The translations under genes were made by a program, and so were the position numbers. Of a stretch of 64,000 nucleotides of DNA, positions 1 through 12,500 are shown one piece after another. The first letter of the stretch is position 1, and every line of letters starts with the position of its first letter. The notes under the pieces are model-generated. The model was not told the origin of the DNA. It did no database searches and saw only the letters and a list, made by a program, of their open reading frames with translations. Location: NCBI GenBank assembly GCA_024229275.1, contig JAAESQ010000672.1:163-64162 (forward strand). The letters are read 5' to 3'. Origin of the DNA: a bacterium (GTDB lineage: Bacteria; Acidobacteriota; Thermoanaerobaculia; Thermoanaerobaculales; Sulfomarinibacteraceae).

Positions 1-181
1 GCGCTTGGCAAGATCCAAGAAAGTCCGTCGATGTCTATCAGTACAGGTTGGGCCCATTTTGACCCTGAACACCACTCGTGCTTCGAAGAGTTACTTGCCG
101 AAGCTGACGCTGATATGTACAGCAGTAAGCGGGAGACGGGAAAAGCAAAAACAAGGAGTTAACCTCCTCACCGGCCACACC

Positions 182-1201
182 CTACTCGAACTCGGCGCAT
201 ACCTTGATCAGAGCAGCTGTGATTCCCTCCTCGGATTCAGAATGCCCTGCCTCCTCGACGATGAGAAGCTGCGAACTCGGAAGTGCCTGGTGAACCCTGT
301 AGGCGCTGAGAGGCGGCGCGGCCATGTCGTAGCGACCATTGATGATCGTAATCGGAATGCCGCTGAGCTTGCTGATGTCGTCGAGAATCTGATTTTCCTT
401 GAGAAAGTACCGGTTTTTCACGTAGTGGAGGTCGATGGATTGCATCGAGTTGTCGTCTGAGGCAAGCATCTTCTCGACATATGACGCGACAACCTCATCT
501 TTCATATGGAGCTTCATGAACTTGAGTTCATACGAAGCAAGTGCTCGTTTGGCCTGGTTTGCGAGGTCCTTGTCCTCGCCAGTAATTATCTCGTGAAGGT
601 AGTCAGGGTGGGCGCCTCTCTCCCTGTCGGGCAGCGTATGAAGGAGATCGTAGTATTCCTTGGGAAAGAAGAACCTGTTGCCAAGGTAGTGGTATTCGAG
701 TTCCTCTGTAGTGCCGAGAAATACTCCCCGGAGAATCATCCCCGCAACATTCTCTGGATAGGCTTCGGCGTAGGTCAGCGCAAGAGTAGAGCCCCACGAA
801 CCGCCAAAGACGAGCATCTCATCGAGATTAAGGTACTGACGAAGTTTTTCGATATCCTCAACCAGATTCTTTGTTGTGTTCTCTCGCAACTCACCCTTGG
901 GAACGGATTGACCAGAGCCTCGCTGATCGTGCAGCACGATGAAGTACTTCTCGGGATCAAAGTACTGCGCCAGTCGCGGGTAGCTTCCCGCACCCGGACC
1001 ACCGTGAAGAGCCATGACTGGCTTTCCTTCGGGATTACCGAGGCAGATGTAGAAAATCTTGTGCAACTCGCTGACCTCGAGATGGCCCTGTTCCACCAGG
1101 ACTGGGACAGGAAATAGCTCAGCTTTGTCGCTTGCCTCGAGAGCAGGGCAATGTGCGCAAAGGGGAAGAAAAGCGAGAAAGGTCAGGAGTCGGTGTCTCA
1201 T
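182..1201 (-). CDS. pip: Proline iminopeptidase (S33 alpha/beta hydrolase) with N-terminal signal-like peptide
   Basis: HGGPG, DQRGSG, GGSWG nucleophile elbow, GRYD, AGH motifs; AAGGAG RBS before ATG 1201; hydrophobic N-terminus. Confidence 0.9.
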   Translation of the reverse strand: MRHRLLTFLAFLPLCAHCPALEASDKAELFPVPVLVEQGHLEVSELHKIFYICLGNPEGKPVMALHGGPGAGSYPRLAQYFDPEKYFIVLHDQRGSGQSVPKGELRENTTKNLVEDIEKLRQYLNLDEMLVFGGSWGSTLALTYAEAYPENVAGMILRGVFLGTTEELEYHYLGNRFFFPKEYYDLLHTLPDRERGAHPDYLHEIITGEDKDLANQAKRALASYELKFMKLHMKDEVVASYVEKMLASDDNSMQSIDLHYVKNRYFLKENQILDDISKLSGIPITIINGRYDMAAPPLSAYRVHQALPSSQLLIVEEAGHSESEEGITAALIKVCAEFE

Positions 1202-1407
1202 TTGTCTGCTCCTTGCGCTCATCCCTCATCGAATAACGAATGTGCGTCTCCTCGACGCTCTGATGCTTTCGACCGATGATCTACCACGCCATTCTACAGA
1301 GGGTTTGCATCGGTGCTGAAGCCGTCTTCTGTGTGGCACCGGGCCTTCTCACAGGGGAAGAAACAAGCAACGTTGACAGTCGCTGGGTTGCCTGCGAGCA
1401 TGGAAGT

Positions 1408-1575
1408 ATGAAATGCTCTCATCACCTTTCGACACAGCCCTTTGCGACTATACTGACGGTGCTATTGACTGCTAGTGCGTTGACCTCGTGTGCGCCCGTC
1501 GACAAGCTTCGTTTTCCAGCATTTGCTGGTAATGATGAGGTGATTGCAGCAACCCTTGTGGGCGACTTCGACTAG
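1408..1575 (+). CDS. Short putative lipoprotein, possibly truncated (frame stays open past the TAG to 1737)
   Basis: MK start, hydrophobic stretch, lipobox LTSC; no recognisable family. Confidence 0.3.
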   Translation: MKCSHHLSTQPFATILTVLLTASALTSCAPVDKLRFPAFAGNDEVIAATLVGDFD

Positions 1576-1838
1576 GTCGGCAGTTTCCTGCCGGATGCCA
1601 AAAACAGCTACGTCGCTGTAGATCCCGATCATCATCGCTATTGGCTTCCATTGATCGAAGGATCGACGATGCTCTATGCCCATACGACACGACCACCGTT
1701 CGCAAATGCCCGGCACGCAAGCTTCCAGATCCCTTAACCCCGAATCAACAATATACCGCATTCAATCTAGAGGCTCGACGTGCTAGGCTCGACTCCGTGA
1801 AGAGGGGCGCTAAAGTTCTGTACTCATGGATCTTGTCA

Positions 1839-2714
1839 GTGAAAGGGCTGCGCGCCACGAGCGAGCAGATCGCTGTGAGGATTGCTCGGAGAACGACGCC
1901 GCGGGGGCGTGTGTCGTTATTCCGCCGGATGACCGCCAGTCTTCGGGCACTGCCTGACTTTGTCGTTGTCGGGGCTCAGCGTAGCGGCACTACCTCCCTC
2001 TACCTCTACCTCAAGCAACACCCACGAATCATCGCTGCCGTTCGCAAGGAGATTCACTTCTTCGAGCAGGACACCATCTACCGGCGTGGCCTGCGGTGGT
2101 ACCGTGCTAATTTCCCAATCAGATTGACTCTGCAGTTCGTGGGTAGCGGTGGCGGACGAGGTCTCTGTTTTGAGGCGACGCCTGGGTATCTGTTTCATCC
2201 TCACGCGATGCCGCGCCTTGCCGAGGTGTTGCCTGAAGCTCGCTTCATAGTCATCCTTCGCAATCCGGTAGACCGCGCCTATTCGAACTATCAGAAAGCC
2301 TTTCGCGATGGCAGGACAGACCTTAGCTTCGAGACAGAAGTAGACAGGGAGCTCACGGTGGGGACACGCGCTACCGAAGCGCCGCCGGAGGAACCTCCTG
2401 TGCGCCCGTTTCTGGGTCGAAGCCTCTATGCCGACCAGTTGCAGCGCATGTTCGAACATGTTTCGCGGGAGCGGGTACTGGTGCTCCAAAGCGAGCGACT
2501 CTTCTCGCACACTCAGGACGCGTTCGACGAACTTTGTGCGTTCCTCGGACTGCCGAGCTGCACCCTTTGCCACACCGACAACCGAACCTCCGGCGGCTAT
2601 TCATCGACCATGCCGCCGGAACTCCGCGAACGATTGGTTGACTACTTCGCACCCCAGGTGCAACGTTTGCAGAGTCTCCTTGAGGAGCCTTTCTCCTGGC
2701 CCGAGTGGCAGTAG
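1839..2714 (+). CDS. PAPS-dependent sulfotransferase (heparan-sulfate ST-like family); start uncertain
   Basis: PDFVVVGAQRSGTTSLY 5'-PSB loop, KEIHFF, EATPGY, LRNPVDRAYS 3'-PB motif. Confidence 0.88.
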   Translation: MKGLRATSEQIAVRIARRTTPRGRVSLFRRMTASLRALPDFVVVGAQRSGTTSLYLYLKQHPRIIAAVRKEIHFFEQDTIYRRGLRWYRANFPIRLTLQFVGSGGGRGLCFEATPGYLFHPHAMPRLAEVLPEARFIVILRNPVDRAYSNYQKAFRDGRTDLSFETEVDRELTVGTRATEAPPEEPPVRPFLGRSLYADQLQRMFEHVSRERVLVLQSERLFSHTQDAFDELCAFLGLPSCTLCHTDNRTSGGYSSTMPPELRERLVDYFAPQVQRLQSLLEEPFSWPEWQ

Positions 2715-2757
2715 GAGGCTTGCACACCCTGGAGAATCCGGTTCGTGACCTGGAATC

Positions 2758-4287
2758 CTACGACATAAAGAGCTTGTTGCTGGCGAAGCTCGGATCGCAG
2801 GTCAAACTGACTCCCAAACGGCGTAGCCCGCGTTCATCCCCAGGTGTGGGGAGGTGAGTCATGTGCAATTCGCAACCCCGCAACCTAGGTAGCTGCAACA
2901 TCGCTTGTTGGGCCGTAGGATTGGTGGTTGAGCTGATGCTCAAGGCGATCAACGACTCCTCCACGTTGAGGCTGATTGAATCCCGTCCAAGGAGATCTCT
3001 GCGCAGCGTCCTGATGGACTCGACCACCATAGGGCTGATGAGGTCAAGGTGCTCCGGGATGTTTGCCATCAGCTTGATGGCGTTGAGCACAAGCGCCGAA
3101 GCCGCATGCATCAGTGGGCTGTTATGGCCTGTAACGATTTCTCCCTGCGGCAGCGCCACTGCTGCACCGGTGAAAATCCCGCGGTGGCCCTTGTCGGCTT
3201 TCTGCTCAGCGACTGTTGCGGCATCGCGAGCGGGAACCACTACCATTCGATCCTCTGGTTTGAGGTCGAACTCTTCCATCAAAGTTTCAATCCGACGCAC
3301 CGCATCGCCGTCCTCGTTTCCCAGTGCCGCATCGCAGGCGTAACGGAAATAGCGACGCACGATCTCGCGCCGGCCAGCCTGTTGAGCCGCATCGTCGTCG
3401 CAGATGGCGAATCCTGCACGATTCACACCCATGTCAGTCGGAGACTGATACATCGATTGGCCCGTGATTCTTTCGAGTATGCGTTTCAGCAGGGGGAAGG
3501 CTTCGATGTCTCGATTGTAGTTGACGGCGCGTTCATCGTGGGCCTCGAGATGAAATGGATCGAACATGTTGACGTCGCGAAGTTCAGCAGTGGCGGCCTC
3601 GTATGCCGCGTTTACAGGATGGCGGAGGGGAAGGTTCCAGATTGGAAAAGTCTCGAACTTTGCATATCCGGCCTGTGCGCCGCGGCGGTGTTCGTGGTAG
3701 ACCTGTGAAAGGCATGTTCCCATCTTGCCGCTGTTCGGTCCCGGAGCGTTGACAACAACCAATGGTGCGTCTGTGTCTATGAACGAGTTGGCGCCGTAGC
3801 CCTCGTCGCTGACGACCCGCGCTACGTCGGCTGGATAGCCGGGGATCGGTCGGTGAGCATGTACTTGAACACCGCGTAGTTGGAGCTTGTTGCGAAACGC
3901 TTCCGCGGCTGGTTGGTCCTCGTATCGGGTGATCACCACGGCCCTGACTTCGAGCCCGCGCCCCCTCAAGTCATCGATGAGCTTGAACGTGTCGGCATCA
4001 TAGGTGATGCCGAAGTCGGCTCGCACCTTGCGTCGCTCGATGTCGCCGGCGTAGATGCACAGGATGATCTCCGTCTGACTGGCGAGTTGCTCCAGGAGGC
4101 GCATCTTGACGTTGGGATCGAAGCCCGGCAGAACTCGAGCCGCGTGGTAGTCGAACATCAACTTGCCACCAAACTCAAGGTAGAGCTTGCCACCCACTTG
4201 ACTCATCCGCTCCAGGATGGCTTCGCTCTGTTCGGCCAGATATCGCTCGTTGTCAAACGCCACCCCGTCCGCCTGCCCAACACCCAT
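2758..4287 (-). CDS. DUF1846 (UPF0371) family protein
   Basis: KLYLEFGGKL, HAARVLPGFDP, APGPNSGKM, YAKFETFPIWN, SPTDMGVN motifs; AGGAGG RBS. Confidence 0.88.
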   Translation of the reverse strand: MGVGQADGVAFDNERYLAEQSEAILERMSQVGGKLYLEFGGKLMFDYHAARVLPGFDPNVKMRLLEQLASQTEIILCIYAGDIERRKVRADFGITYDADTFKLIDDLRGRGLEVRAVVITRYEDQPAAEAFRNKLQLRGVQVHAHRPIPGYPADVARVVSDEGYGANSFIDTDAPLVVVNAPGPNSGKMGTCLSQVYHEHRRGAQAGYAKFETFPIWNLPLRHPVNAAYEAATAELRDVNMFDPFHLEAHDERAVNYNRDIEAFPLLKRILERITGQSMYQSPTDMGVNRAGFAICDDDAAQQAGRREIVRRYFRYACDAALGNEDGDAVRRIETLMEEFDLKPEDRMVVVPARDAATVAEQKADKGHRGIFTGAAVALPQGEIVTGHNSPLMHAASALVLNAIKLMANIPEHLDLISPMVVESIRTLRRDLLGRDSISLNVEESLIALSISSTTNPTAQQAMLQLPRLRGCELHMTHLPTPGDERGLRRLGVSLTCDPSFASNKLFMS

Positions 4288-4680
4288 CGATGCCTCCTCC
4301 TGAATGCAGCCAAGTCTTGACCGCAGGATAACAGGGCAAGCTGGGATTTTTCGGGTGCCGCGTGCATCTTCAGGGGAGAGGTTTATGGTCTCGGTGTTCT
4401 GGTTGCCTCCGAGGTCTTTCTACGCTTCGTATTCCGCGAGGCCGAGTCAGCGAATCCGGCTCCTGAGGGTTGGTTGGTGGTTTCTGTGTCAGCTTGCTGA
4501 GATCCAAAGGGACCGGGCGCGCGTTACTCAGTTCGGAGGCAGAATCTGAGGTGTACTGGGCGACAAATTGATGCCGGCAGCAGGTGATTGATATTGCTGC
4601 CATGTTGGAGGAGTTCATCGGGACAGCCATCCTTCGACCGAGGGCGGCATTTTTGTCCGTTTGTTATGCCGCACCCGTGC

Positions 4681-4708
4681 TTGAATTCCGCCTGCATGTC
4701 GTTACAAT
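4681..4708 (+). promoter_or_regulatory. Candidate sigma70 promoter of the pfa operon (TTGAAT-N16-TACAAT)
   Basis: Near-consensus -35/-10 hexamers about 130 nt upstream of ATG 4836. Confidence 0.45.
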
Positions 4709-4835
4709 TATTCGGCTTCGGGAGAGTGTCTTGCGGCATGCATGGCTGCGTGTTGCGTCGACGAACATCTTGAGGAAGAGCCCGCGAGCGGAGCGGGCAT
4801 TGGTTCAGAGCGTGCAGGCAATCGCCAAAAGGCGA

Positions 4836-6521
4836 ATGAGAGGCGGAAGTCTGGTTCATCCGAGCAAAGCCCATGCGCCCACCGATGCTGGGGCGACGCG
4901 ATCAGTTGTCGGTCGACTGCGGTCGGATTGCTGCAGTGTGCCTACGACTGGTCCTGAAGGCCTGAAGACAATCCAGCGGACGGATGCCCCTGCGTGGGTT
5001 GTGGCGACCGCCGATGGACACCGGTTGGTGGAGTGCGATGACGCCGAGCTGTTGGGCTCAACCGACGGTGGTGGCGTCCCAATTGTGGGATTGCTCCCGG
5101 CCTGCCCTCCTGAAAAAATGGGCGGCCCGGCCTTCCGCGAAGAGCACGGTCTTCGTTACGCCTATTACGCCGGCGCTATGGCAAACGGCATTGCTTCGCC
5201 TGAGGTTGTCGAAGCAGCAGGTAACAACGGTTTCCTGGGTTTCTTCGGCTCGGCTGGTTTGCCGCTGAAGGACATCGAGGCTGCTATCGACACCATAACG
5301 TCGCGCCTCGGATCTCAGCCGTTTGGCTTCAACCTCATCAACAACCTCAGTGAGCCGCAACTGGAAGAGGCGACGGTTGACCTCTACATTCGTCGCGGCA
5401 TTCATCTCATCGAGGCCGCGGCCTACCTTGACCTGACTCTCCCTCTGGTTCGCTACAGAATTCACGGCATCCACACCGACGCCTCAGGTCGAATAATCAC
5501 GCCCAACAAGATCATCGCCAAAGTTTCGCGCGAGGAAGTAGCTGCGAAGTTCTTCTCGCCCCCCCCAGAAGCACTCGTCAAGAAGCTTGTCGCTTCGGGC
5601 GACATCACGGCCCAACAGGCGGTCTTGGCGGCAGACATCCCAATGGCTCAGGATGTGACAGCTGAGGCCGATTCCGGTGGACACACTGATAATCGCCCGG
5701 CGATTACCCTGTTGCCCACACTTATGGCTCTCAGAGACCGTATCCACGCTGAGCACCGCTGTGAGCAGCGACCACGAGTTGGATTGGCGGGTGGGATATC
5801 TACACCAGCATCGGCGGCGGCCGCTTTCGCTATGGGAGCTGCCTACGTCGTCACAGGATCGGTCAATCAGGCTTGCATAGAGTCAGGTTCTTCCGACATC
5901 GTCCGCAAGATGCTCGCCGAGACACGCCAGGCTGATTTGGCGATGGCGCCCTCGGCCGACATGTTCGAGATGGGTGTCACTGTGCAGGTATTGAAGCGCG
6001 GCACGATGTTCTCTATGCGAGCTGCGAAACTCTACGAGCTCTACCAGACATATGGGGGGATCGACGAGATTCCGAACGACGTGAGAACGAAGATAGAGAA
6101 GACGATCTTCCGTGCATCACTTGAGGAAACCTGGCAAAACACGCGTAAGTTTTTCATGGAACGCGACGCGAGTCAGATCAACCGGGCTGAGAAAGAACCC
6201 AGGCATAGAATGGCGCTTGTTTTCAGATCGTATCTCGGTCTCGCATCGCAATGGGCAAACAACGGAGACCCCACACGCCAGATCGACTACCAAATATGGT
6301 GCGGCCCCGCGATGGGTGCCTTCAACGAATGGGTGCGCGGTTCCTTCCTCGAGGACACCTCAAATCGGAAGGTTGCCACAGTGGCTTTGAACATACTCCA
6401 CGGCGCGGCCGTCTCGGCACGGTGCAACATTCTCCGATGTATGGGCGTTTCCCTACCGTCCGGGATCGAGCACTTCGCGCCCGTAGAACCTAACCGTCTC
6501 AGGAGAAATGAAGTTGATTGA
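4836..6521 (+). CDS. pfaD: PfaD-family FMN-dependent enoyl reductase (PUFA synthase); start uncertain
   Basis: YYAGAMANGIAS, AKVSREEVA, AEADSGGHTDNRP, MAPSADMFEMGV, DYQIWCGPAMGAFN. Confidence 0.93.
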   Translation: MRGGSLVHPSKAHAPTDAGATRSVVGRLRSDCCSVPTTGPEGLKTIQRTDAPAWVVATADGHRLVECDDAELLGSTDGGGVPIVGLLPACPPEKMGGPAFREEHGLRYAYYAGAMANGIASPEVVEAAGNNGFLGFFGSAGLPLKDIEAAIDTITSRLGSQPFGFNLINNLSEPQLEEATVDLYIRRGIHLIEAAAYLDLTLPLVRYRIHGIHTDASGRIITPNKIIAKVSREEVAAKFFSPPPEALVKKLVASGDITAQQAVLAADIPMAQDVTAEADSGGHTDNRPAITLLPTLMALRDRIHAEHRCEQRPRVGLAGGISTPASAAAAFAMGAAYVVTGSVNQACIESGSSDIVRKMLAETRQADLAMAPSADMFEMGVTVQVLKRGTMFSMRAAKLYELYQTYGGIDEIPNDVRTKIEKTIFRASLEETWQNTRKFFMERDASQINRAEKEPRHRMALVFRSYLGLASQWANNGDPTRQIDYQIWCGPAMGAFNEWVRGSFLEDTSNRKVATVALNILHGAAVSARCNILRCMGVSLPSGIEHFAPVEPNRLRRNEVD

Positions 6522-9500
6522 GTCTGACCACACCAAAGGGCCTGATCAGAGGCTTGTGTCGGAGCCGATTGCCATAATCGGAATCGGATGCCTGTTTCCG
6601 AAAGCTGCCGATCTGCGGGCCTATTGGGCCAATATCGTCAGTGGCGTCGATGCCATCACAGATGTGCCGGAGACACACTGGCGCCGTTCGGACTACTACG
6701 CCGCCGATCCGAAGGCGCAAGATCGCACAACTGCAACTCGCGGTGGTTTCCTCCCGCCTATAGACTTCGATCCACTTGAGTTCGGAGTTCAGCCAAAGGT
6801 CATCGAAGCAACCGATTCGTCGCAGCTCCTTGGGATGTACGCTGCTGGTCGCGCCTTGAAGAACGCCGGCTATGGCCCGGACACGCAGTTCAATCGCGAT
6901 CGCGTAAGCGTGCTGCTTGGTGTGACGGGAGCCCTCGAATTGACGACCACCCTGGGTGCGCGGCTCGGGCATCCTCGATGGCGCGATGCACTGATGGATG
7001 CTGGTGTCGACGACGGAACAGCCGAAGACGTCATCAGCCGCATTTCCGAGTCCTACGTACCGTGGCAGGAGAACTCTTTCCCAGGTTTGTTGGGCAATGT
7101 CGTGGCCGGAAGGATCAGTAATTACCTTGACCTGGGTGGTACGAACTGTGTAGTTGACGCGGCATGCGCAAGTTCGCTCAGTGCGTTGCACCTCGCTGTG
7201 ATGGAACTCCAGACCGGTCGCTCAGACATGGTCGTCAGTGGCGGCGTCGACTCTTTCAATGACATTTTCATGTACACGTGTTTCAGCAAGACGCACGCGC
7301 TGTCGCCCTCAGGTGATGCCAGGCCGTTCGACGCCGATGGCGACGGCAGAATCGTGGGCGAAGGAATCGGCTTGATAGTGCTAAAACGGCTCCAGGATGC
7401 TGAGCGGGACAACGATCGCATCTATGCGGTCATCCGCTCGATCGGTACCTCGAGCGATGGCAAAGGCAACGCGATCTACGCGCCGAGCGCTGAAGGTCAG
7501 AAAAAGGCATTGCGCGATGCGTACGAACGGGCGGGAGTCACGCCCGACACGGTCGAACTTGTTGAGGCGCACGGCACCGGCACAAAGGTCGGCGACGCCG
7601 TTGAATTGAGTGCGTTGAAAGACGTCTATGGTGACGCTCCGAGTGGACCGTGGTGTGCCGTGGGTTCTGTGAAGTCGCAGATTGGCCACGCAAAAGCCGC
7701 AGCGGGAGCCGCTGGAATCATCAAAGTCGCGATGGCACTCCATCACAAGGTGCTGCCGCCCACGATCAAGGTGGAAGTGCCCATTGATGAACTCACACAG
7801 AAAGGCGCACCGTTCTACGTCAACAGCGCGGCGAGACCGTGGCTGCCGAATGCCGATCATCCACGTCGAGCCGCCGTCAGTGCCTTTGGATTTGGCGGTA
7901 GTAACTTCCACTGCGTTCTCGAAGAGCATTGTGATGAAAAGAAAGCCGCAGCATGGGACGGCAATGTAGAACTGGTGGCGTTCTCGGCCGATGGAATCGA
8001 AGGTCTCAAGGATGCTCTCCGCGAGATCGCCAAGGAAGCCTCGTGGGAGGATTTCGCCAGATGTGCCGCAGGCACGCGACTCCGGTTTGATAGTGGTCGA
8101 AGCCACCGTTTGTTGCTGGTCGCCACGCCAGACTGCGACCGCCCGGCACGTTTCTTGAAAGCAGCGACGATGCTCGACGAACAGGCCGACAAGATGGCCT
8201 GGAGTACTCCCGACGGCACCTGGTACGGCCGCGGCGACAGGCCCGGTAAGTTGGCCTTCGTTTTCCCTGGACAAGGCGCGCAATACGTGGGGATGTGCCG
8301 TGATTTGGCGTGCCGTTTCCCCGAGTTCCTTCAAGCACTCACTTTCGCGGATGCCGCCTCCGACGGGTTGACAGACGCCATGTATCCACCCGCTGCCTGG
8401 GATGCAGAAACTAAGGCTGCCCAGGACGCAACGCTTCGTGACACCAGAACTGCCCAGCCTGCCATCGGCGCTATCTCCTCGGGAGCACTCAGATTGCTTG
8501 CACGTTTTGGTGTAGCGCCCGATGCTGTCGCAGGTCACAGCTACGGTGAACTCGTCGCACTCAATGCCGCTGGCAGACTGGACGCCGATGCGCTCCGCCG
8601 CCTTTCAAAACTGCGTGGTGCCCTCATGCACGTTGATGAGGGAGACAAGGGTGGCATGATCGCAGTCACGAGTTCACCGGCGATGGCTGAAACCGTCATC
8701 CAAGAGGCGGGACTCAACCTTGTCATTGCCAACAAGAACGCCCCCGAACAGGTAGTTCTGTCAGGGGGGTCGGAAGAGATTCAGAAGGCCAAAGAGGCCT
8801 TTGTCGAACGCGATATTCGATGCACGGTCCTGGATGTCTCAGCTGCCTTCCACAGTGAATACGTCGCGGACGCCGCAGAGCCCCTCCTTGAGGCATTGAT
8901 CAACACCAAGATTTCTCCAGCAACGATTCCGGTCTTCGCGAACACGACTGCCGAGGAGTATCCGCTTCAGCCTGGGGACGCACGAGAGATACTTGCATTC
9001 CAACTGGCGAGACCAGTTGAATACGTCGAACTCATCGAAAACGTGTACGCCGCAGGTGTTCGTACGTTTCTCGAAGTAGGCCCCGGCGCTCGGCAGACAG
9101 GGCTGATCGCAAACATCCTCGCTGGTCGGAACCACTCAGCTCTTGCACTTGATTCCTCGTCGGGTAAGCGATCAGGTGTGGTCGATTTCGCGCGCTCTCT
9201 TGCCCAACTTGCAGCGCTTGGACATACCGTTGACCTCTCCTGTTGGAATGAAGGGTGTGCAGATGCCGAGGTACGCAAGCCAAAGTTGGTCGTCCCGATC
9301 AGCGGCGCTAACTATGCTGCACCCCGTGAGAAACGACCCCCCGCACCAAAACCTACTCCAGGAGCGACACGTTCCACCGAGTGCGTTTCCGAAGTAGCGC
9401 CGGCCGCCGCTCAGGCCATCCAAACTGTGCAAGCGAATATCATCGCTCTCCAGAAGATGCAGGAGCAAACCGCACGCCTTCACCAGCAGTTTCTTGATGG

Positions 9501-12500
9501 CCAGCAGGCTTCGGCAAGAGCACTGAGCGAGATGCTTGGAGGACGTCTGTCCACGGTGCCAGATGCTGAACCTCTTCCCGTTGTTGCCTCCGAAGCAACG
9601 GGAGTGCTGGAGCGAGCGCCTGAGAGTCCCGAGCCCGAGCCGATCCCGACCCCGGCTGCGGAAACATCAATGATCGAGACCATTCTGCTTGGGACCGTCG
9701 CCGACAAAACCGGCTACCCCGTCGATATGCTCGAACTTGATATGTCACTTGACTCTGACCTAGGAATCGATTCGATTAAACGCGTCGAGATTCTCTCAGA
9801 CCTGCAAGAGCAGTTGCCCGAAGCCCCGACGATCGAGGCGCATCACCTTGGCGAGTTGCAGACGCTGCGCCAAATTGTCGATCACCTGGCGGCTGGAGTC
9901 ACGGTTTCTCAACAGCCCGCTGCCTCAGCGCCCGTCCCCACCGCGGACGAGGGACCATCACAGATCGAGAGCATCCTGCTTGGAACAGTCGCCGACAAAA
10001 CCGGCTACCCCGTCGATATGCTCGAACTTGATATGTCACTTGACTCTGACCTAGGAATCGATTCAATCAAACGCGTCGAAATCCTCTCAGACCTGCAAGA
10101 GCAGTTGCCCGAGGCCCCGACGATCGAGGCACATCACCTTGGCGAGTTGCAGACACTGCGCCAAATTGTCGATCACCTGGCGGCTGGAGTGACGGTTTCT
10201 CAACAGCCCGGTGCCCCAGCTCCCATCCTTACTGCGAACGGAGAACCATCACACATTGAGAGCATCCTGCTCGGGACAGTTGCCGATAAGACTGGCTATC
10301 CCGTCGACATGCTCGAACTTGATATGTCACTCGATTCTGACCTAGGAATCGATTCGATCAAACGCGTCGAAATCCTCTCAGATCTGCAAGAGCAGTTGCC
10401 CGAAGCCCCGACGATCGAGTCGCATCACCTTGGCGAGTTGCAGACGCTGCGCCATATCGTTGATCATCTGACGCACGTAACGATTCTGCCAACGGTAGCT
10501 TCTGAGCCCGAACCGAAGCCAGTTCGCGAGGTGCCAACATCGAACAAAACGGTCGAACGACTCGTGCTCAGTATCGAGCCGATGGAGCTCGATTCGAACC
10601 GAGAATTGGCGAACATCGACAAGAGCGCACCGATCTGGATCACCAACGATGGCGCCGGTCTGGCGGTGGCGATACAGAGCCATCTCATAGACCTCGGTTA
10701 CAGCACCGAGTTGATCGCAATCGATCGCGAGAATCTCCTCAGCCCTCCGACAGAACTCGCAGGCCTCCTCATCGTGGCACCGCCCGAAGGCTCGGATGAC
10801 GCCTTCCTTTCTGACGCCTTCAGGGTTCTCCAGCAGGCCGAAGTCGGACTGCGAGGAACAGGTGCTGGTGCAGGAGCCGTCTTCGCTACTGTATCCCGCC
10901 TCGATGGATGCTTTGGACTCGGCGATGGCGCCTCCAACTGGAATCCGATTTGTGGCGGACTGGCAGGTCTGTCGAAAACGGCCCGCCTTGAGTGGCCTGA
11001 TGTGCGTTGCGTTGCACTCGATGTCGGCGATGATTTTCCCGGAGCGGAACAGGCTGCCGAAGCAGTCGTCGCCGAACTCTTTGTCACAGGATCCGCAGAG
11101 GTTGGTCTTTCAAACGGCCGCAGATGTGGGTTGCGTTTGGATCCCAACCCGCTTCCAACTGAGCAGATCGCAGAGGATGAACTGCCGGTAAAGGCCGGCG
11201 ATGTCGTCGTGGTGTCAGGCGGAGCCCGAGGCGTAACAGCCGAAGTCGCCGCGACCCTCGGTGAAGCCACTCAGGCAACGCTTGTGCTCTTGGGCCGCAG
11301 TTTGGAGCCGCACGACGAACCCGACTGGCTAGCATCGCTCACAGGCCAAGCTGAGATCAAGCGTGCAATAGTTCAGAATGACAGCGCAAACATCACACCG
11401 AAAGAACTCCAGCAGCAATACCAAGCCGTCAAAGCCAATCGCGAGATTGTACGAAACATCGAGCGCATGACGGTCGCCGGAGCAAAGGTGAAGTACTTCA
11501 GCGTCGATCTCCGCGACGCTGAAGCTGTTGCCACTGTCATTGCACACGCGCGGCAAGAATTCGGCCCGATCAAGGGCATTATTCACGGCGCTGGCGTGTT
11601 GGCCGATCGCTTGATCGCAGACAAAACGATGGAGCAGTTTGCCCATGTCTACTCGACGAAAGTCGGTGGGTTGCGAAGCCTACTCACAGCCACAGAGGTC
11701 GACGATTTGAGATTCATGGTGCTGTTCTCGTCATCGACTGGTCGCTTCGGTCGTACCGGGCAGATTGACTACTCGGTGGCCAATGAGGTGCTGAATCGGA
11801 CGGCTCAATCTGAATCGCGACGGAGACCGAACTGCCGCGTTGTTGCAGTGAACTGGGGTCCGTGGGATGGCGGAATGGTCACACCGGCCCTCAAAGGAGT
11901 CTTTGAAGCGGAGGGCATTGCGCTGATCGATCGCGAGGCTGGATCGCAGTATCTGCTTGGGGAGATCGCCAATCCTCGCGGTCCAGTAGAGGTCGTGCTT
12001 ATGGGCGGGCCGCTGCCGGTTAAGACCGACGCGGTCACTGAGTCACCCAAAACGCTGAAGCTTCCGGAGACGCTTGACAAGGCCTTTGAACTCGAACTGA
12101 ACGTCCGTAGTCATCCCTTCCTGAAATCGCACGTGCTCAACGGTCACACAGCACTGCCTGCGGCGATGACCATTGATTGGCTTGCCCACGGTGCAATGCA
12201 CGCCAATCTTGGCTTGCGTTTCCACGGTCTGAACGAACTCCGGGTTTTCAAGGGTGTGACGATCGAAGGGAACGAGACGGCCGCGTTGCGGATTCTCGCC
12301 GGTCCCGCACTTCAGAAAGGCGAGACCTACGCCGTTCCTGTTGAGATGCGCGGGACGGTATCGGGCAATCCCGATAGGCTGTTTGCTTCGGCCGAGGTGT
12401 TGCTTGCCGCCAGCTTGCCGCAAGGGACCGCCGCAATCGATGACACAGCCGGACATCCCTACCCTGACGACGACATTTATGGCAGCCTCCTTTTCCATGG

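Noticed and set aside
4584-4835. N-terminal extension of PfaD given by the ORF track
   Set aside because: Non-family sequence overlapping a plausible promoter. Similar over-extensions were trimmed for pfaBC, oleA, the DmsBC fusion, acs, purM, purL, rplI and the M16 peptidase.
9673-10470. Mobile element or assembly duplication
   Set aside because: In-frame tandem ACP domains with synonymous differences, normal for PfaA.
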